A stretch of 64,000 bases of DNA from a candidate division WOR-3 bacterium (GTDB lineage Bacteria; Hydrothermota; 32-111), in the NCBI GenBank assembly GCA_037481815.1, contig JBBFKX010000001.1, positions 608,001-672,000 on the forward strand, read 5' to 3'. The notes under the pieces were generated by a model that was not told the DNA's origin, did no database searches, and saw only the letters and a list, made by a program, of their open reading frames with translations. The position numbers were made by a program, and so were the translations under genes. Below are positions 20,913 to 30,523 of this stretch, piece after piece (position 1 is the stretch's first letter; each line of letters begins with the position of its first letter).

Positions 20913-23022
20913 TTTCAAACTCCTTTTTTGAATAAAACAACAAAGCGATAAAGGAAACTAAAGAAATAAATATACCAAGAAAAAGATCAAATGGTAAATA
21001 CTTTTTTCCAGATTTTTCCAAACTTCCATCGATAGGGTTTACAGAAAAGTTGTCATCAACCAGATCGGTATGCCTTTTAAAAAGATAAAAAGGTTTCTGG
21101 GATACAAGTTCAAAATTTGAGTTTTCAAAAAGGTATGGGAAATGAAGGATTTTACCTGTTGAAAATTTTTTAACCATATATATTTTACCTTTTCCCAAAA
21201 TCCTCGTCATTCCTTTTACAACGAGTAATCCAGATTTTAGATCTTGAATATTTTTCAAATACTCTTCCATAGAATCATATTCTATAACATTTTTGATTTC
21301 ACCTGTATAAAATATTATGAATGTATCAGAGAAATTTTCTTTGAAATTTATCGTTAAAAAATCTTTTACATTCAAAATTATTGGTATATCGGGAACAAAA
21401 ACATAATCATAATTTAAAAATAAAGGATTAAAAAGAAAATTGATATTTGAAAATCCGCCCTGCATTATCATGGGATCATCAAAAAAATCTACATACTTTT
21501 TTAATGTAAAATTCTGATAAAGATTGAAGGAATATGCGTTGTAATATATACCTCTATTTCCATAAGAAGAATACCTCTTCAAAATTTCAAGGTTATCAAC
21601 TTTAAAATGATCTTTAATATAATCTTTGTAAAAAAGAACATCCTCTGGGATATAAGTTATAATATATTTGTCTTTCAGAAAATCATAACTTTCGTTTTTA
21701 AGATTTTTCAACTTTTCATATTTCAAAATTCCACCTGTTGAAAGAAAAATATCAAAAAATATTATAACAACCAGAGCAGAATATTTTATATTCGTTTGAA
21801 AATGTTTTATTGAATCTATATAAAAGAATAGAATGTATATGATAAAAAAAAGAACCTGCAAAACAAATCTTTCGATACGAAATCCTTTTATCAAAATCAA
21901 AACGAGAAAAAAGATGAAAATCAACATACTGAACAGAAGAAACTTTTTATCGATTTTTTTCAACATATCAAACACAAACAGGAACAAGAAAGAAATAACA
22001 AAAAGATAGACCGACCTTGTAGGGGTAAGAAATATTTTTAATCCCACAAAATTAAAAAAAGATAAAAATAAAAAAATCAGAGGGATTATTATCCTTTGGA
22101 AATTCTTAAACTCTTTTTTAAATAGCGTAACATACAAAAAATAGTTTAGAGTAAAGAAAAATATCAAAGAAAAATAAAAGGATGTTTCATTTATGTTGAA
22201 TGCTCCGTTATATTCACTTTTAAAAATTAAAGACACTCCGCCAAAAAGATCAGGAAAAACGGTTAAAATAAGATATTTTAAAGGTAGAATATTATAGTTG
22301 AGTTCATCTCTGTAAGAGTATTTAAAAATGTTAAAAGTTGGCATCAAAACAAAAAGCGATACGAAAATTGAGAAAAAGATTACCATGAAAAAGTAAACAA
22401 GATTTCTCAAACTTCTATATTTTACAAATACGATGATAAAGGATAAAATCACAGTATAAAAAAATATCTGTGGATGACCTGCAAGCAAAAGAAGAAAAAA
22501 GAAAATAACAGTTTTTATAAAATTTTTTCTATTACTATTTTCATAAAAATCAACAAGAAAAAATATCGTATAAGGAGAAACAGACAAAGATGACAGTATT
22601 GTGTAATGTGGAATATGGGAAACAAAGAATGAGGAAAAAGTTGTAAGAAATGAGATGATAAATGAAATGTCATCTTCAACTTTTAATTTTTTTAAAAGAA
22701 TGTAAATCCCAACAAAAAAGATCAACACATTTAAAAGTGTAAGAATCTGAACGATCAGAAAAATATCAAAAGGTAAGATCACAAGCCAGTTCAAAGGATA
22801 GTAAAAACAGTTCTGAATATCCTTATATATCGGGAATCCCAATCCAAAAGATTTTTCATAGAGCGGAAAAACAAATTTTGAAAAAGAATTTTTTATAAGA
22901 GCAAGTTTTGGTACATATTCATCTTGTAGATCCCCATCCAAAATTCCATATCCAGAAAAAATCTTATAGAAAAATATAAAAAAAAGGATAGCAAAAATTG
23001 ATAATTTTAATTTCCTATCCAT
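20905..23022 (-). CDS. Polytopic membrane protein, YfhO/GT-C-like glycosyltransferase
   Basis: About 12 hydrophobic segments; GD....Y.P, G.P......Q...YYP, AGHPQ motifs typical of YfhO-like proteins. Confidence 0.7.
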   Translation of the reverse strand: MDRKLKLSIFAILFFIFFYKIFSGYGILDGDLQDEYVPKLALIKNSFSKFVFPLYEKSFGLGFPIYKDIQNCFYYPLNWLVILPFDIFLIVQILTLLNVLIFFVGIYILLKKLKVEDDISFIISFLTTFSSFFVSHIPHYTILSSLSVSPYTIFFLVDFYENSNRKNFIKTVIFFFLLLLAGHPQIFFYTVILSFIIVFVKYRSLRNLVYFFMVIFFSIFVSLFVLMPTFNIFKYSYRDELNYNILPLKYLILTVFPDLFGGVSLIFKSEYNGAFNINETSFYFSLIFFFTLNYFLYVTLFKKEFKNFQRIIIPLIFLFLSFFNFVGLKIFLTPTRSVYLFVISFLFLFVFDMLKKIDKKFLLFSMLIFIFFLVLILIKGFRIERFVLQVLFFIIYILFFYIDSIKHFQTNIKYSALVVIIFFDIFLSTGGILKYEKLKNLKNESYDFLKDKYIITYIPEDVLFYKDYIKDHFKVDNLEILKRYSSYGNRGIYYNAYSFNLYQNFTLKKYVDFFDDPMIMQGGFSNINFLFNPLFLNYDYVFVPDIPIILNVKDFLTINFKENFSDTFIIFYTGEIKNVIEYDSMEEYLKNIQDLKSGLLVVKGMTRILGKGKIYMVKKFSTGKILHFPYLFENSNFELVSQKPFYLFKRHTDLVDDNFSVNPIDGSLEKSGKKYLPFDLFLGIFISLVSFIALLFYSKKEFENV

Positions 23023-23028
23023 TTTTTT

Positions 23029-23056
23029 ATTATAGGTTATTTATCTGAAAGGTCAA
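23029..23056 (-). promoter_or_regulatory. Internal sigma70-type promoter, probably leaderless mRNA for the YfhO-like gene
   Basis: TTGACC-N16-TATAAT, then only 6 nt to ATG 23022 and no SD. Confidence 0.65.
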
Positions 23057-23768
23057 CTTCTTTTCTTAAAACTATAAAAGATGAGATCCCAAGAGGGATC
23101 ATGTGTTTTGTTGAAAGGTAAAATTCGACAAAAAAAATCTTATCGAGTAAAAAGTTGGTTATCCTGTTTATCTGTTTGACATCAGAACTTTGCTCGTATG
23201 AAAAAAACACAAAGACAAATTTCCTTAAAAAAATTATTAAAGGTAAAAAGACAAAATTCCAGTACACTTTTTCTTTTATAGAAAACCCGTATTTTTTGAA
23301 TTTTTTAAAATCTTTTATTTCAAATCTTATATCGTTGTTAACTGCGATATCATGTTTTGAGTACAGAAACTTAAACATCGGTAGATTCAAAAAGACATAA
23401 CCACCATCTTTCAAAACTCTGTTGTATTCAGCCATCACTTTATCAAAATCTACATCTTTGTGTTGTAAAAGGTCAAAGGAAAAGATTATTTCAAAACTCT
23501 TACTTTTAAATGGAAGTTTGTTTGCGTCTCCATTAACAAGTATTTTGCAATATCTTTTGGCTATGTTGGTTAATGCATAAAAACTGTAGTCAAGTCCAAT
23601 AGAGTTTTCAATTTCTTTCAGATCCCTTCCTGTTCCACACGCAGAATCTAAGATGGTTCCGCCATTGTAATACTTGTTCAAAAAATGATGTGTCAATCTT
23701 CTTTTGTTTTTGAACCAGAAATGTGTCTCTTCAACCTGATTCACATTATCAAATTCATTATCTCTCAT
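23037..23768 (-). CDS. Class I SAM-dependent methyltransferase
   Basis: E.THFWF..KR, ILDSACGTG, GDA..LPF, RVLK.GG, S.HD. Confidence 0.88.
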   Translation of the reverse strand: MRDNEFDNVNQVEETHFWFKNKRRLTHHFLNKYYNGGTILDSACGTGRDLKEIENSIGLDYSFYALTNIAKRYCKILVNGDANKLPFKSKSFEIIFSFDLLQHKDVDFDKVMAEYNRVLKDGGYVFLNLPMFKFLYSKHDIAVNNDIRFEIKDFKKFKKYGFSIKEKVYWNFVFLPLIIFLRKFVFVFFSYEQSSDVKQINRITNFLLDKIFFVEFYLSTKHMIPLGISSFIVLRKEVDLSDK

Positions 23769-24832
23769 CTAAAGGAGTTCACTCCATCAATAACTTTTTC
23801 TATCTCCTCTTCTGTCATCTCTGGAAAAATCGGTAAAGAAAGTTCAGTCGAAGACAACCTTTCAGAATGAGGGAAAGAATAATTTTTATAGAAATATTTT
23901 TGTTTATGTATAGGATATGGATAATGTATCGCAGTTGTTATGCCTTCCTTTTCAAGATGTTTTCTTAACTGATCTCTCATTTTTGAAAATATCGGAAAAA
24001 GATGACCGTTTGAAGTTTCAAAATATCTTGAGGATGGGAGTTGTACATTCTTATTTTTGATTCCATCCCTGTATTTTTTCATTATCTTTCTCCTAATAGA
24101 ATTCTTTTCCTTCAGATTTTTGATCTTTTCAAGAAGTACCAATGCTTGCAACTCATCCAACCTGCTGTTTATACCCTCCATCTGTGCAGAATAGATCTCT
24201 TTTTGCCCATAGTTTCTCATCTTTTGCAAAATCTCATAAAGATTTTTGTCATCTGTTGCAATAGCACCACCATCCCCATAACATCCAAGGTTTTTTGTTG
24301 GATAGAAAGAGAATGCTGAAAGGACTGAGAAATTTCCGGTGTGTTTGCCATCAACATAAGTATCTATCGATTGAGAACAATCTTCAACAAGTGTTATACC
24401 TTTTCTATCACATATATCTTTTAAATGATCAACATATTCTGCCTGTCCATAGAGATGGACAGCAAGTAAAACATCTATTTTTTTTCTACTCTTTTTAAAC
24501 TGCTCTATATTTATAAGGCCAGTATCATCATAAGTATCAAAAAGCACCATTTCACAACCAGCCATATTTATCGCCTGTGCACATGGGAGAGGATTTGAAG
24601 CACATAGAGCAACTCTTTTCGCTTTAAGAACTCTGAATATAAGATATAAAGAATCTGTTGCATTCCCTGTTCCAACTACATATTTTTTCCCTATAAAATT
24701 TCCAAAGACCTTTTCAAACTCTTCGTTGAATTGTCCAAGAATAAATTTTCCTTTTTCGTAAAACTCATCGAGTCGTTTTTTTATTCTTCCAAACTCTTCT
24801 TTATCCCTGTTCAATTGACAAAAAGGTATCAT
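23765..24832 (-). CDS. DegT/DnrJ/EryC1/StrS nucleotide-sugar aminotransferase
   Basis: VHLYGQ, EDCSQS, FSFYPTKNLG.YGDGG, RNYG, NSRLDELQA, LSLP.FP. Confidence 0.93.
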   Translation of the reverse strand: MIPFCQLNRDKEEFGRIKKRLDEFYEKGKFILGQFNEEFEKVFGNFIGKKYVVGTGNATDSLYLIFRVLKAKRVALCASNPLPCAQAINMAGCEMVLFDTYDDTGLINIEQFKKSRKKIDVLLAVHLYGQAEYVDHLKDICDRKGITLVEDCSQSIDTYVDGKHTGNFSVLSAFSFYPTKNLGCYGDGGAIATDDKNLYEILQKMRNYGQKEIYSAQMEGINSRLDELQALVLLEKIKNLKEKNSIRRKIMKKYRDGIKNKNVQLPSSRYFETSNGHLFPIFSKMRDQLRKHLEKEGITTAIHYPYPIHKQKYFYKNYSFPHSERLSSTELSLPIFPEMTEEEIEKVIDGVNSFR

Positions 24833-25806
24833 AGATAGTATCCTTTATATTTCTGGAAATATTCATAAGTATTTTTCAAACCTTCATCAATCGAAGTTTC
24901 CTCTTTATGGTTTAAAAACTCTTTAACTTTACTGTTATCGGTTCTAAAAGATCCTACATAGATATTTTTCAACTCTTCAGGAAAAGGAATAAAGATTATT
25001 GATGATTTTGGATTGAGTTTAATAAGTTTTTCTGCAATAACTTTCAGAGAATAAGAGTTATCGGATCCAACGTTGAAAATTCCACTGCTATCAGAAACCA
25101 TAGCGTTGTATATAGTTTTCACAAGATCCTTCACATACAGAAGATCTCTTAAAGTTGATCCATCTCCATAAAGTTCTATAGGATTGTTTGTGATAACCCT
25201 GTTGATAAACCAACCGATGAAAGACAACCTCTTATCCCTTATATGCATACCTTCACCATAGATATTCGACAACCTTAAAATTGTGAGGTTGAATCCATAA
25301 TATTTTGAATATAGTGAATAGTACATCTCTGTTGTATATTTGTTTATTCCATTCACATCAACCGGATTTATTGAAGAATTTTCATCAACAGGGAATTTAT
25401 CCTGTTTCCCATATATCTGTCGTGTGGATAGATATATGATCTTCTTGTTCTTATAATTTTTTAAAACTTCCAGAAACTTGATATGTTCAACAGTGTTGTT
25501 TTCAAGATCAAAAAGAGGATTTTTCATCGAGTCAGAATGACTTATCAAAGCAGCAAGATCAACAACGCAATCAGCATTTTTTATAATATCTTTAAATTTT
25601 TCTGCGTTTCCTATCGATTCCTCTATTATACTCACATTCTCTTTTTTCAAACTCAAAAGATGGAATTCGTTATACCCTGACGAGGTGTTTTTCGAATCAA
25701 CTATGGTAATATCAAGATCTTTTTCAAGAAGATGTTTTGCAAGGTTGGATCCTATAAAACCCAATCCTCCTAAAAGAACAACAGATTTTATTTTTGTTTT
25801 TTTCAT
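24829..25806 (-). CDS. NAD-dependent nucleotide-sugar epimerase/dehydratase
   Basis: GG.GFIGS, LAA, ST..IYG, catalytic-site NG.NK (Y replaced by N), YG.G...RD..YV.D. Confidence 0.88.
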   Translation of the reverse strand: MKKTKIKSVVLLGGLGFIGSNLAKHLLEKDLDITIVDSKNTSSGYNEFHLLSLKKENVSIIEESIGNAEKFKDIIKNADCVVDLAALISHSDSMKNPLFDLENNTVEHIKFLEVLKNYKNKKIIYLSTRQIYGKQDKFPVDENSSINPVDVNGINKYTTEMYYSLYSKYYGFNLTILRLSNIYGEGMHIRDKRLSFIGWFINRVITNNPIELYGDGSTLRDLLYVKDLVKTIYNAMVSDSSGIFNVGSDNSYSLKVIAEKLIKLNPKSSIIFIPFPEELKNIYVGSFRTDNSKVKEFLNHKEETSIDEGLKNTYEYFQKYKGYYL

Positions 25807-25812
25807 ATACAC

Positions 25813-26523
25813 CTACACTCTTTTACCTATAAGATTATACCATAAAACAATTATATATAAAAAGACAAAAAATAATCTTTTAAAATTGAAAAACTGTGAA
25901 CTACCAAACTCTCTCTCATAATGGTTCACTCCAACCTGTTTAACTTTTCCATTTTTGAGTTCAATTTTTTTTATCATCTCAACACATATTGTACCTGATT
26001 TCGAGAAAAATGTTTCATCCTTGAAAATATCTTTTCTTATTATTCTGAAATCACAATCTATATCTTTTAATTTTATTCCGAAAAAAAATTTCATAAAAGT
26101 GTTGTACATTTTACCGATAATTATTCTATAGAAAGGGTCATTTCTTGTAATTTTATATCCGTTCACAAGGTCAGTATCCTCATCTAAAAGTTTTATAAGT
26201 TTTTCAATCTCTCCGGGATCATACTGACCATCTCCATCTGTATAGAAAAAGTAATCATATTTTGCATTTTTTAAACCATCAACGATCGTTGCACCATATC
26301 CCATATTCTTTTCGTGTAATATTACCTTGAGTTTAGGATTTTCTTTTGCTTTTTCAAGAAGGATTTCCCTTGCCCCATCAGTTGAAAAATCGTCAACAAC
26401 AATTATCTCATAATTTTGAGTATATTTTTTTAATTTCTCTTCAACTTTATCTATCAATTTTGTAATGGTTTCCCTGTCGTTATAACAGGGAAACATCGCT
26501 GAGATATTGATCCCTTTTTTCAT
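25813..26523 (-). CDS. GT2 polyprenol-phosphate glycosyltransferase (Dpm1/GtrB/ArnC-like)
   Basis: P.YN, IIVVDD.S.D, N.GYG, DGDGQYDP, DIDC.FR, R..G.S, C-terminal hydrophobic helix. Confidence 0.88.
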   Translation of the reverse strand: MKKGINISAMFPCYNDRETITKLIDKVEEKLKKYTQNYEIIVVDDFSTDGAREILLEKAKENPKLKVILHEKNMGYGATIVDGLKNAKYDYFFYTDGDGQYDPGEIEKLIKLLDEDTDLVNGYKITRNDPFYRIIIGKMYNTFMKFFFGIKLKDIDCDFRIIRKDIFKDETFFSKSGTICVEMIKKIELKNGKVKQVGVNHYEREFGSSQFFNFKRLFFVFLYIIVLWYNLIGKRV

Positions 26524-27518
26524 CTATTTTTCAATTTGTTTATAAGGATTGGTACAACTTCAAAAAGATCTCCAACTATTCCATAATCGGCAACCTGAAA
26601 AATAGGTGCGTTTGGATCTTTGTTTATCGCTACTATCACATCTGAAGATTTCATGCCTGCAAGATGTTGTATCGCTCCAGATATTCCCAAAGCAACATAA
26701 AGTTTTGGAGATACAGTTTTTCCTGTCTGCCCAACCTGGTGGGAGAATGGAAGCCATCCATCGTCTATACAGGGTCTTGAAGCACCGACAGCACCATTTA
26801 AAATTTCTGCGAGTTCAAACACGAGATTGAAATTCTCTTTACTCTTCAAACCTCTTCCACCTGAAACTATCACATCAGCATCTGAAAGATTCACCGTTTG
26901 TGTTTCATCTTTAGTAAAGGATATATATTCAACTCTTTTATCAACCATATCATCTTTGAATTCAAATTTTTCGACAACTCCATTCCTTGATTCATCAATA
27001 ACCGCTTCTTTGAAAACTTTATGTCTTACAGTTGCCATCTGAGGTCTTCTGTTGGGTGTTATGATTGTTGCCATAATCGAACCACCAGCAGCAGGTCTTG
27101 TTTGTAAAAGTTTTCCATCTTCCGGGTCAATATCAAGTTCGGTGCAATCCGCAGTAAGTCCCGTTTCAAGTTTAGCAGAGACCCTTGGGAAAAGAGATCT
27201 TCCAGTATTCGTTGAACCTGCAAGAAAAATTTCCGGTTTATATTTTTTTACAACCTCAACAACAACATTTGAATAGGTTGAATCAACAAAATCTTTCAAC
27301 CTTTTATCATCAACAACGATAACTCTGTCTGATCCTCTTTTTATAAGTTGATCTGAAAATCTTTCAACATCATACCCTACTATCAAACTCATAAGTTCAA
27401 CATTTCTTTTATCAGCGAGTTCTCTTCCCTTATTCAAAAGTTCAAATGATACACCTTCTATCTTTCCATTTCTATTTTCAATATAAACCATAACTCCTTT
27501 ATAATCTTTCAAATCCAT
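26520..27518 (-). CDS. etfA: Electron transfer flavoprotein alpha subunit
   Basis: GLTADCT, QTRPA.GG, PQMATVR, VSGGRG, GASR, QVGQTGK.V.P.LY.A.GISGAIQH. Confidence 0.95.
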   Translation of the reverse strand: MDLKDYKGVMVYIENRNGKIEGVSFELLNKGRELADKRNVELMSLIVGYDVERFSDQLIKRGSDRVIVVDDKRLKDFVDSTYSNVVVEVVKKYKPEIFLAGSTNTGRSLFPRVSAKLETGLTADCTELDIDPEDGKLLQTRPAAGGSIMATIITPNRRPQMATVRHKVFKEAVIDESRNGVVEKFEFKDDMVDKRVEYISFTKDETQTVNLSDADVIVSGGRGLKSKENFNLVFELAEILNGAVGASRPCIDDGWLPFSHQVGQTGKTVSPKLYVALGISGAIQHLAGMKSSDVIVAINKDPNAPIFQVADYGIVGDLFEVVPILINKLKNR

Positions 27519-27527
27519 ATTTACTCC

Positions 27528-28322
27528 TTAGATGATAGATTTTTTCTTCAATTCGTTTATAAGATTCTCAACATTCTTTTCCTGATTTTCATCTGAAAAT
27601 ATTATATTCTCTTTTTCGATAGTTGGGGTAAATGCTTTTATGACCCATGTTGGAGAACCTTTTAAACCACATCTTGATAGATCAATTCCAAGAAAGTTAG
27701 CATCCCAAACAGGTATCTCTTCTTTTTTCGCTCTCATCTTTCCTCTTAAAGATGGGAGACGTGGCTCATTCAACTCTTTTATACATGTTAAAGCGACAGG
27801 TAATTTTACTTTCAAAGTTTCAAATCCATCCTCCATACTCCTTTCAGCAATTATATAACCATCTTTGATATCAACAATTTTTCTGACAAAAGTTATCTGA
27901 GGAATATCAAGAAGAGATGCTACTTCAGGCCCAACCTGTGCGGTATCACCATCAATAGCCATCTTACCAAACATTATCATATCAACATTTCCAATTTTTT
28001 TAATCGCTTCTGAAAGAACATAACTTGTAGCAAGTGTATCACTCGCAGCAAAGGATTTATCTGAAATGAGTATCGCTTTATCAACACCCATAGAGATAAC
28101 TTCTCTTAAAGCATTTTCCGCCTGTTTTGGTCCCATAGATATTGCTGTTATCGTTGAATCAGGGAAGTATTTCTCCTTTATTCTTAATGCCTCTTCAACA
28201 GCATAAAGATCAAAAGGGTTAACAATATTTTCTACACCTTCCCTTTTAATGGTTTTTGTTTCAGGATCAAATTTCATCTGACTCGTGTCTGGAACCTGTT
28301 TTACACATACAACTATGTTCAT
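27528..28322 (-). CDS. etfB: Electron transfer flavoprotein beta subunit
   Basis: VCVKQVPD, NPFD..A.E.A, SMGP, DTLATS, IDGDTAQVGP, NEPR.PS. Confidence 0.95.
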   Translation of the reverse strand: MNIVVCVKQVPDTSQMKFDPETKTIKREGVENIVNPFDLYAVEEALRIKEKYFPDSTITAISMGPKQAENALREVISMGVDKAILISDKSFAASDTLATSYVLSEAIKKIGNVDMIMFGKMAIDGDTAQVGPEVASLLDIPQITFVRKIVDIKDGYIIAERSMEDGFETLKVKLPVALTCIKELNEPRLPSLRGKMRAKKEEIPVWDANFLGIDLSRCGLKGSPTWVIKAFTPTIEKENIIFSDENQEKNVENLINELKKKSII

Positions 28323-28978
28323 AATGAATTCTCCTTCTCAATTTTTTTTATTGCAAGTTTAGCTGCCTTCTTCTCACTCTCCTTTTTAGTTTTCCCAGTA
28401 GATTGAGAATAATATTTTCCATCAAGGTAGATCTTACATTTGAATCTATCTTCCTTGTATATTTCAGTTTTAAATTCTGGTAATTTTTTATACTTTGAAA
28501 GTGATAATTCCTGTAATCTATTTTTTGCATAAAAATCATCGGACATCTCTTTTGAATTTTTCAAAATCAATTTAAAAAATTTTTTCACTGACCTTAATCC
28601 TTTTTCAATATATATAGCCCCAATGAGTGATTCTATTATATCCTCTTTTATTGAATCTGGAAGTTTTTTCAACGATTTTCTATCAACAAAGATCAAATCT
28701 TCAAATTTTAACTTGGAAAAGATGTAAGAAAGATTTTCCCTGTTAACTATTTCACTTCTTTTTTTTGATAACTCCCCCTCATCAACATTTTTTAATTTTT
28801 TGAAAAGATATTCTGACGCTAAAAAAGAGAGTATCGAATCTCCTAAAAATTCCAGCCTTTCATAAGATACATTTTCACCGAAAGATCTATGTGTTAACGA
28901 CTCTTTTAAAAGTTCAACATTTTCAAAATCAATCCCAGTTATATTTTTAAATCTATCAAGCAATTCTTTATCATTCAT
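28319..28978 (-). CDS. rnc: Ribonuclease III
   Basis: LTHRS, YERLEFLGDSIL, EGELS, D..ESLIGAIY, dsRBD ending KKESEKKAA; start refined to ATG 28978. Confidence 0.93.
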   Translation of the reverse strand: MNDKELLDRFKNITGIDFENVELLKESLTHRSFGENVSYERLEFLGDSILSFLASEYLFKKLKNVDEGELSKKRSEIVNRENLSYIFSKLKFEDLIFVDRKSLKKLPDSIKEDIIESLIGAIYIEKGLRSVKKFFKLILKNSKEMSDDFYAKNRLQELSLSKYKKLPEFKTEIYKEDRFKCKIYLDGKYYSQSTGKTKKESEKKAAKLAIKKIEKENSL

Positions 28979-30206
28979 ATTTGGCAAAACCAAGTGTAAC
29001 ATTGTGCCCACCAAAACCGAATGAGTTCGATAAAGCGAATTTTACTTCCTTTTTCACAGCAACGTTTGGAGTATAATTCAGATCACAATTTGGATCCTTA
29101 TTTTCATAGTTTATCGTTGGTGGGATTATTCCATTCTTTATAGCAAGTATCGTTGCGACCGCTTCAACTGCACTCGCAGCACCAAGAAGATGCCCGTGCA
29201 TCGATTTCGTACTTGAAATGTTTATATCGTATGCTCTATCTTTAAACACTTTCTTTATCGCCAATGTTTCCATCTGATCGTTTAACTTTGTTGAAGTTCC
29301 ATGTGCGTTTATATAATCAACATCTTCGATGGTTTTTCCACTCTTTTTTATAGCGAGCATCATACATTTTGCAGGACCTTCTCCGGTCTCATCAGGAGCG
29401 GTTATATGGTAAGCATCATCGTTATAACCGTATCCAGTGATCTCAGCATATATTGGAGCATTCCTTTTTAAAGCGTGTTCAAGAGATTCAAGGATGAGAA
29501 TGGCACCACCTTCGGCGATAACGAATCCATCTCTTAAAGCATCAAAAGGACGCGATGCTTTTTCCGGTTGATCGTTCCTTGTTGAAAGTGCCTGAAGAGC
29601 GATAAAGCCACCAACAGAAAGTGGGGTTATCGATGCTTCAACACCACCACAAACCATAATATCAGCGTTATCAAGGATTATCTGATTATACGCATCCGCT
29701 ATCGCGTGACCACTTGAAGCACACGCTGAAACAACTGAAAAATTCGGACCTTTGAGTTTATATCTGATAGCGACATTACCAGAAGATGAGTTAACGATCA
29801 TCATTGGAACAAAGAAAGGACTCAACCTTTCAACACCTTCTTTCAAAAAGATGGAATGTTGATTCTCCCATGTTTCAACTCCACCTATACCAGTTGCGAT
29901 TATCACCCCTGCTCGATCATGATCTATTTTATCAAGTTCCAGTTTTGAATTTTTGAGTGCTTCATCTGTTGTGTATATCGCATACTGTGTAACTCTATCC
30001 ATTCTCCTTAACTCTTTTTTATTGATCACAACTTCCGGATTGAAATCTTTCACTTCTCCGGCTATCTTTGAAGCAAAGTTTGTTGTGTCAAATTTGGTTA
30101 TAGTGGAGATTCCACTTTTCCCGGCAAAGAGATTTTTTGCAAACTCATCGAGATTGTTTCCTATGGATGACACAACACCAATTCCAGTAATGACAACCCT
30201 CTTCAT
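28971..30206 (-). CDS. fabF: 3-oxoacyl-ACP synthase II
   Basis: RVVITG.G, SACAS (catalytic Cys), SRPFD..RDGFV, NAHGTST, KSM.GHLLGA, SNSFGFGGHN. Confidence 0.97.
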   Translation of the reverse strand: MKRVVITGIGVVSSIGNNLDEFAKNLFAGKSGISTITKFDTTNFASKIAGEVKDFNPEVVINKKELRRMDRVTQYAIYTTDEALKNSKLELDKIDHDRAGVIIATGIGGVETWENQHSIFLKEGVERLSPFFVPMMIVNSSSGNVAIRYKLKGPNFSVVSACASSGHAIADAYNQIILDNADIMVCGGVEASITPLSVGGFIALQALSTRNDQPEKASRPFDALRDGFVIAEGGAILILESLEHALKRNAPIYAEITGYGYNDDAYHITAPDETGEGPAKCMMLAIKKSGKTIEDVDYINAHGTSTKLNDQMETLAIKKVFKDRAYDINISSTKSMHGHLLGAASAVEAVATILAIKNGIIPPTINYENKDPNCDLNYTPNVAVKKEVKFALSNSFGFGGHNVTLGFAKYE

Positions 30207-30225
30207 CAGAATATCTCCTTTTTAA

Positions 30226-30260
30226 TAAAAGAAGCGGGAAACCCCCGCTTTCTTTTCTTT
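30226..30260 (-). terminator. Rho-independent terminator-like hairpin between acpP and fabF (bidirectional form)
   Basis: AAGCGGG (30232-38) / CCCGCTT (30244-50) stem flanked by A- and T-rich tracts. Confidence 0.75.
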
Positions 30261-30262
30261 TG

Positions 30263-30502
30263 TTATTTTGCTATTTTGCCTTCTATATATTTTGCTACAT
30301 CTCCAACTGTTTTCAAATTCACATAATCTTCCTGAGGGATTTTGATCGAATAGATCTTTTCCAGTTCATTTACAAGGTCCATCAGATCAAGGGAATCAGC
30401 CCCAAGATCCTGCATGATGTTTGCGTTCTCGTTGATCTTTGCTTCATCGATCGAAAGGTTTTCTACCAAAAGTTTTTTAACTGTTTCGTAAACCTGTGAC
30501 AT
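30263..30502 (-). CDS. acpP: Acyl carrier protein
   Basis: DLGADSLD phosphopantetheine motif; 79 aa acidic protein. Confidence 0.96.
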   Translation of the reverse strand: MSQVYETVKKLLVENLSIDEAKINENANIMQDLGADSLDLMDLVNELEKIYSIKIPQEDYVNLKTVGDVAKYIEGKIAK

Positions 30503-30523
30503 CGAATACCTCCTTACTTGTTT

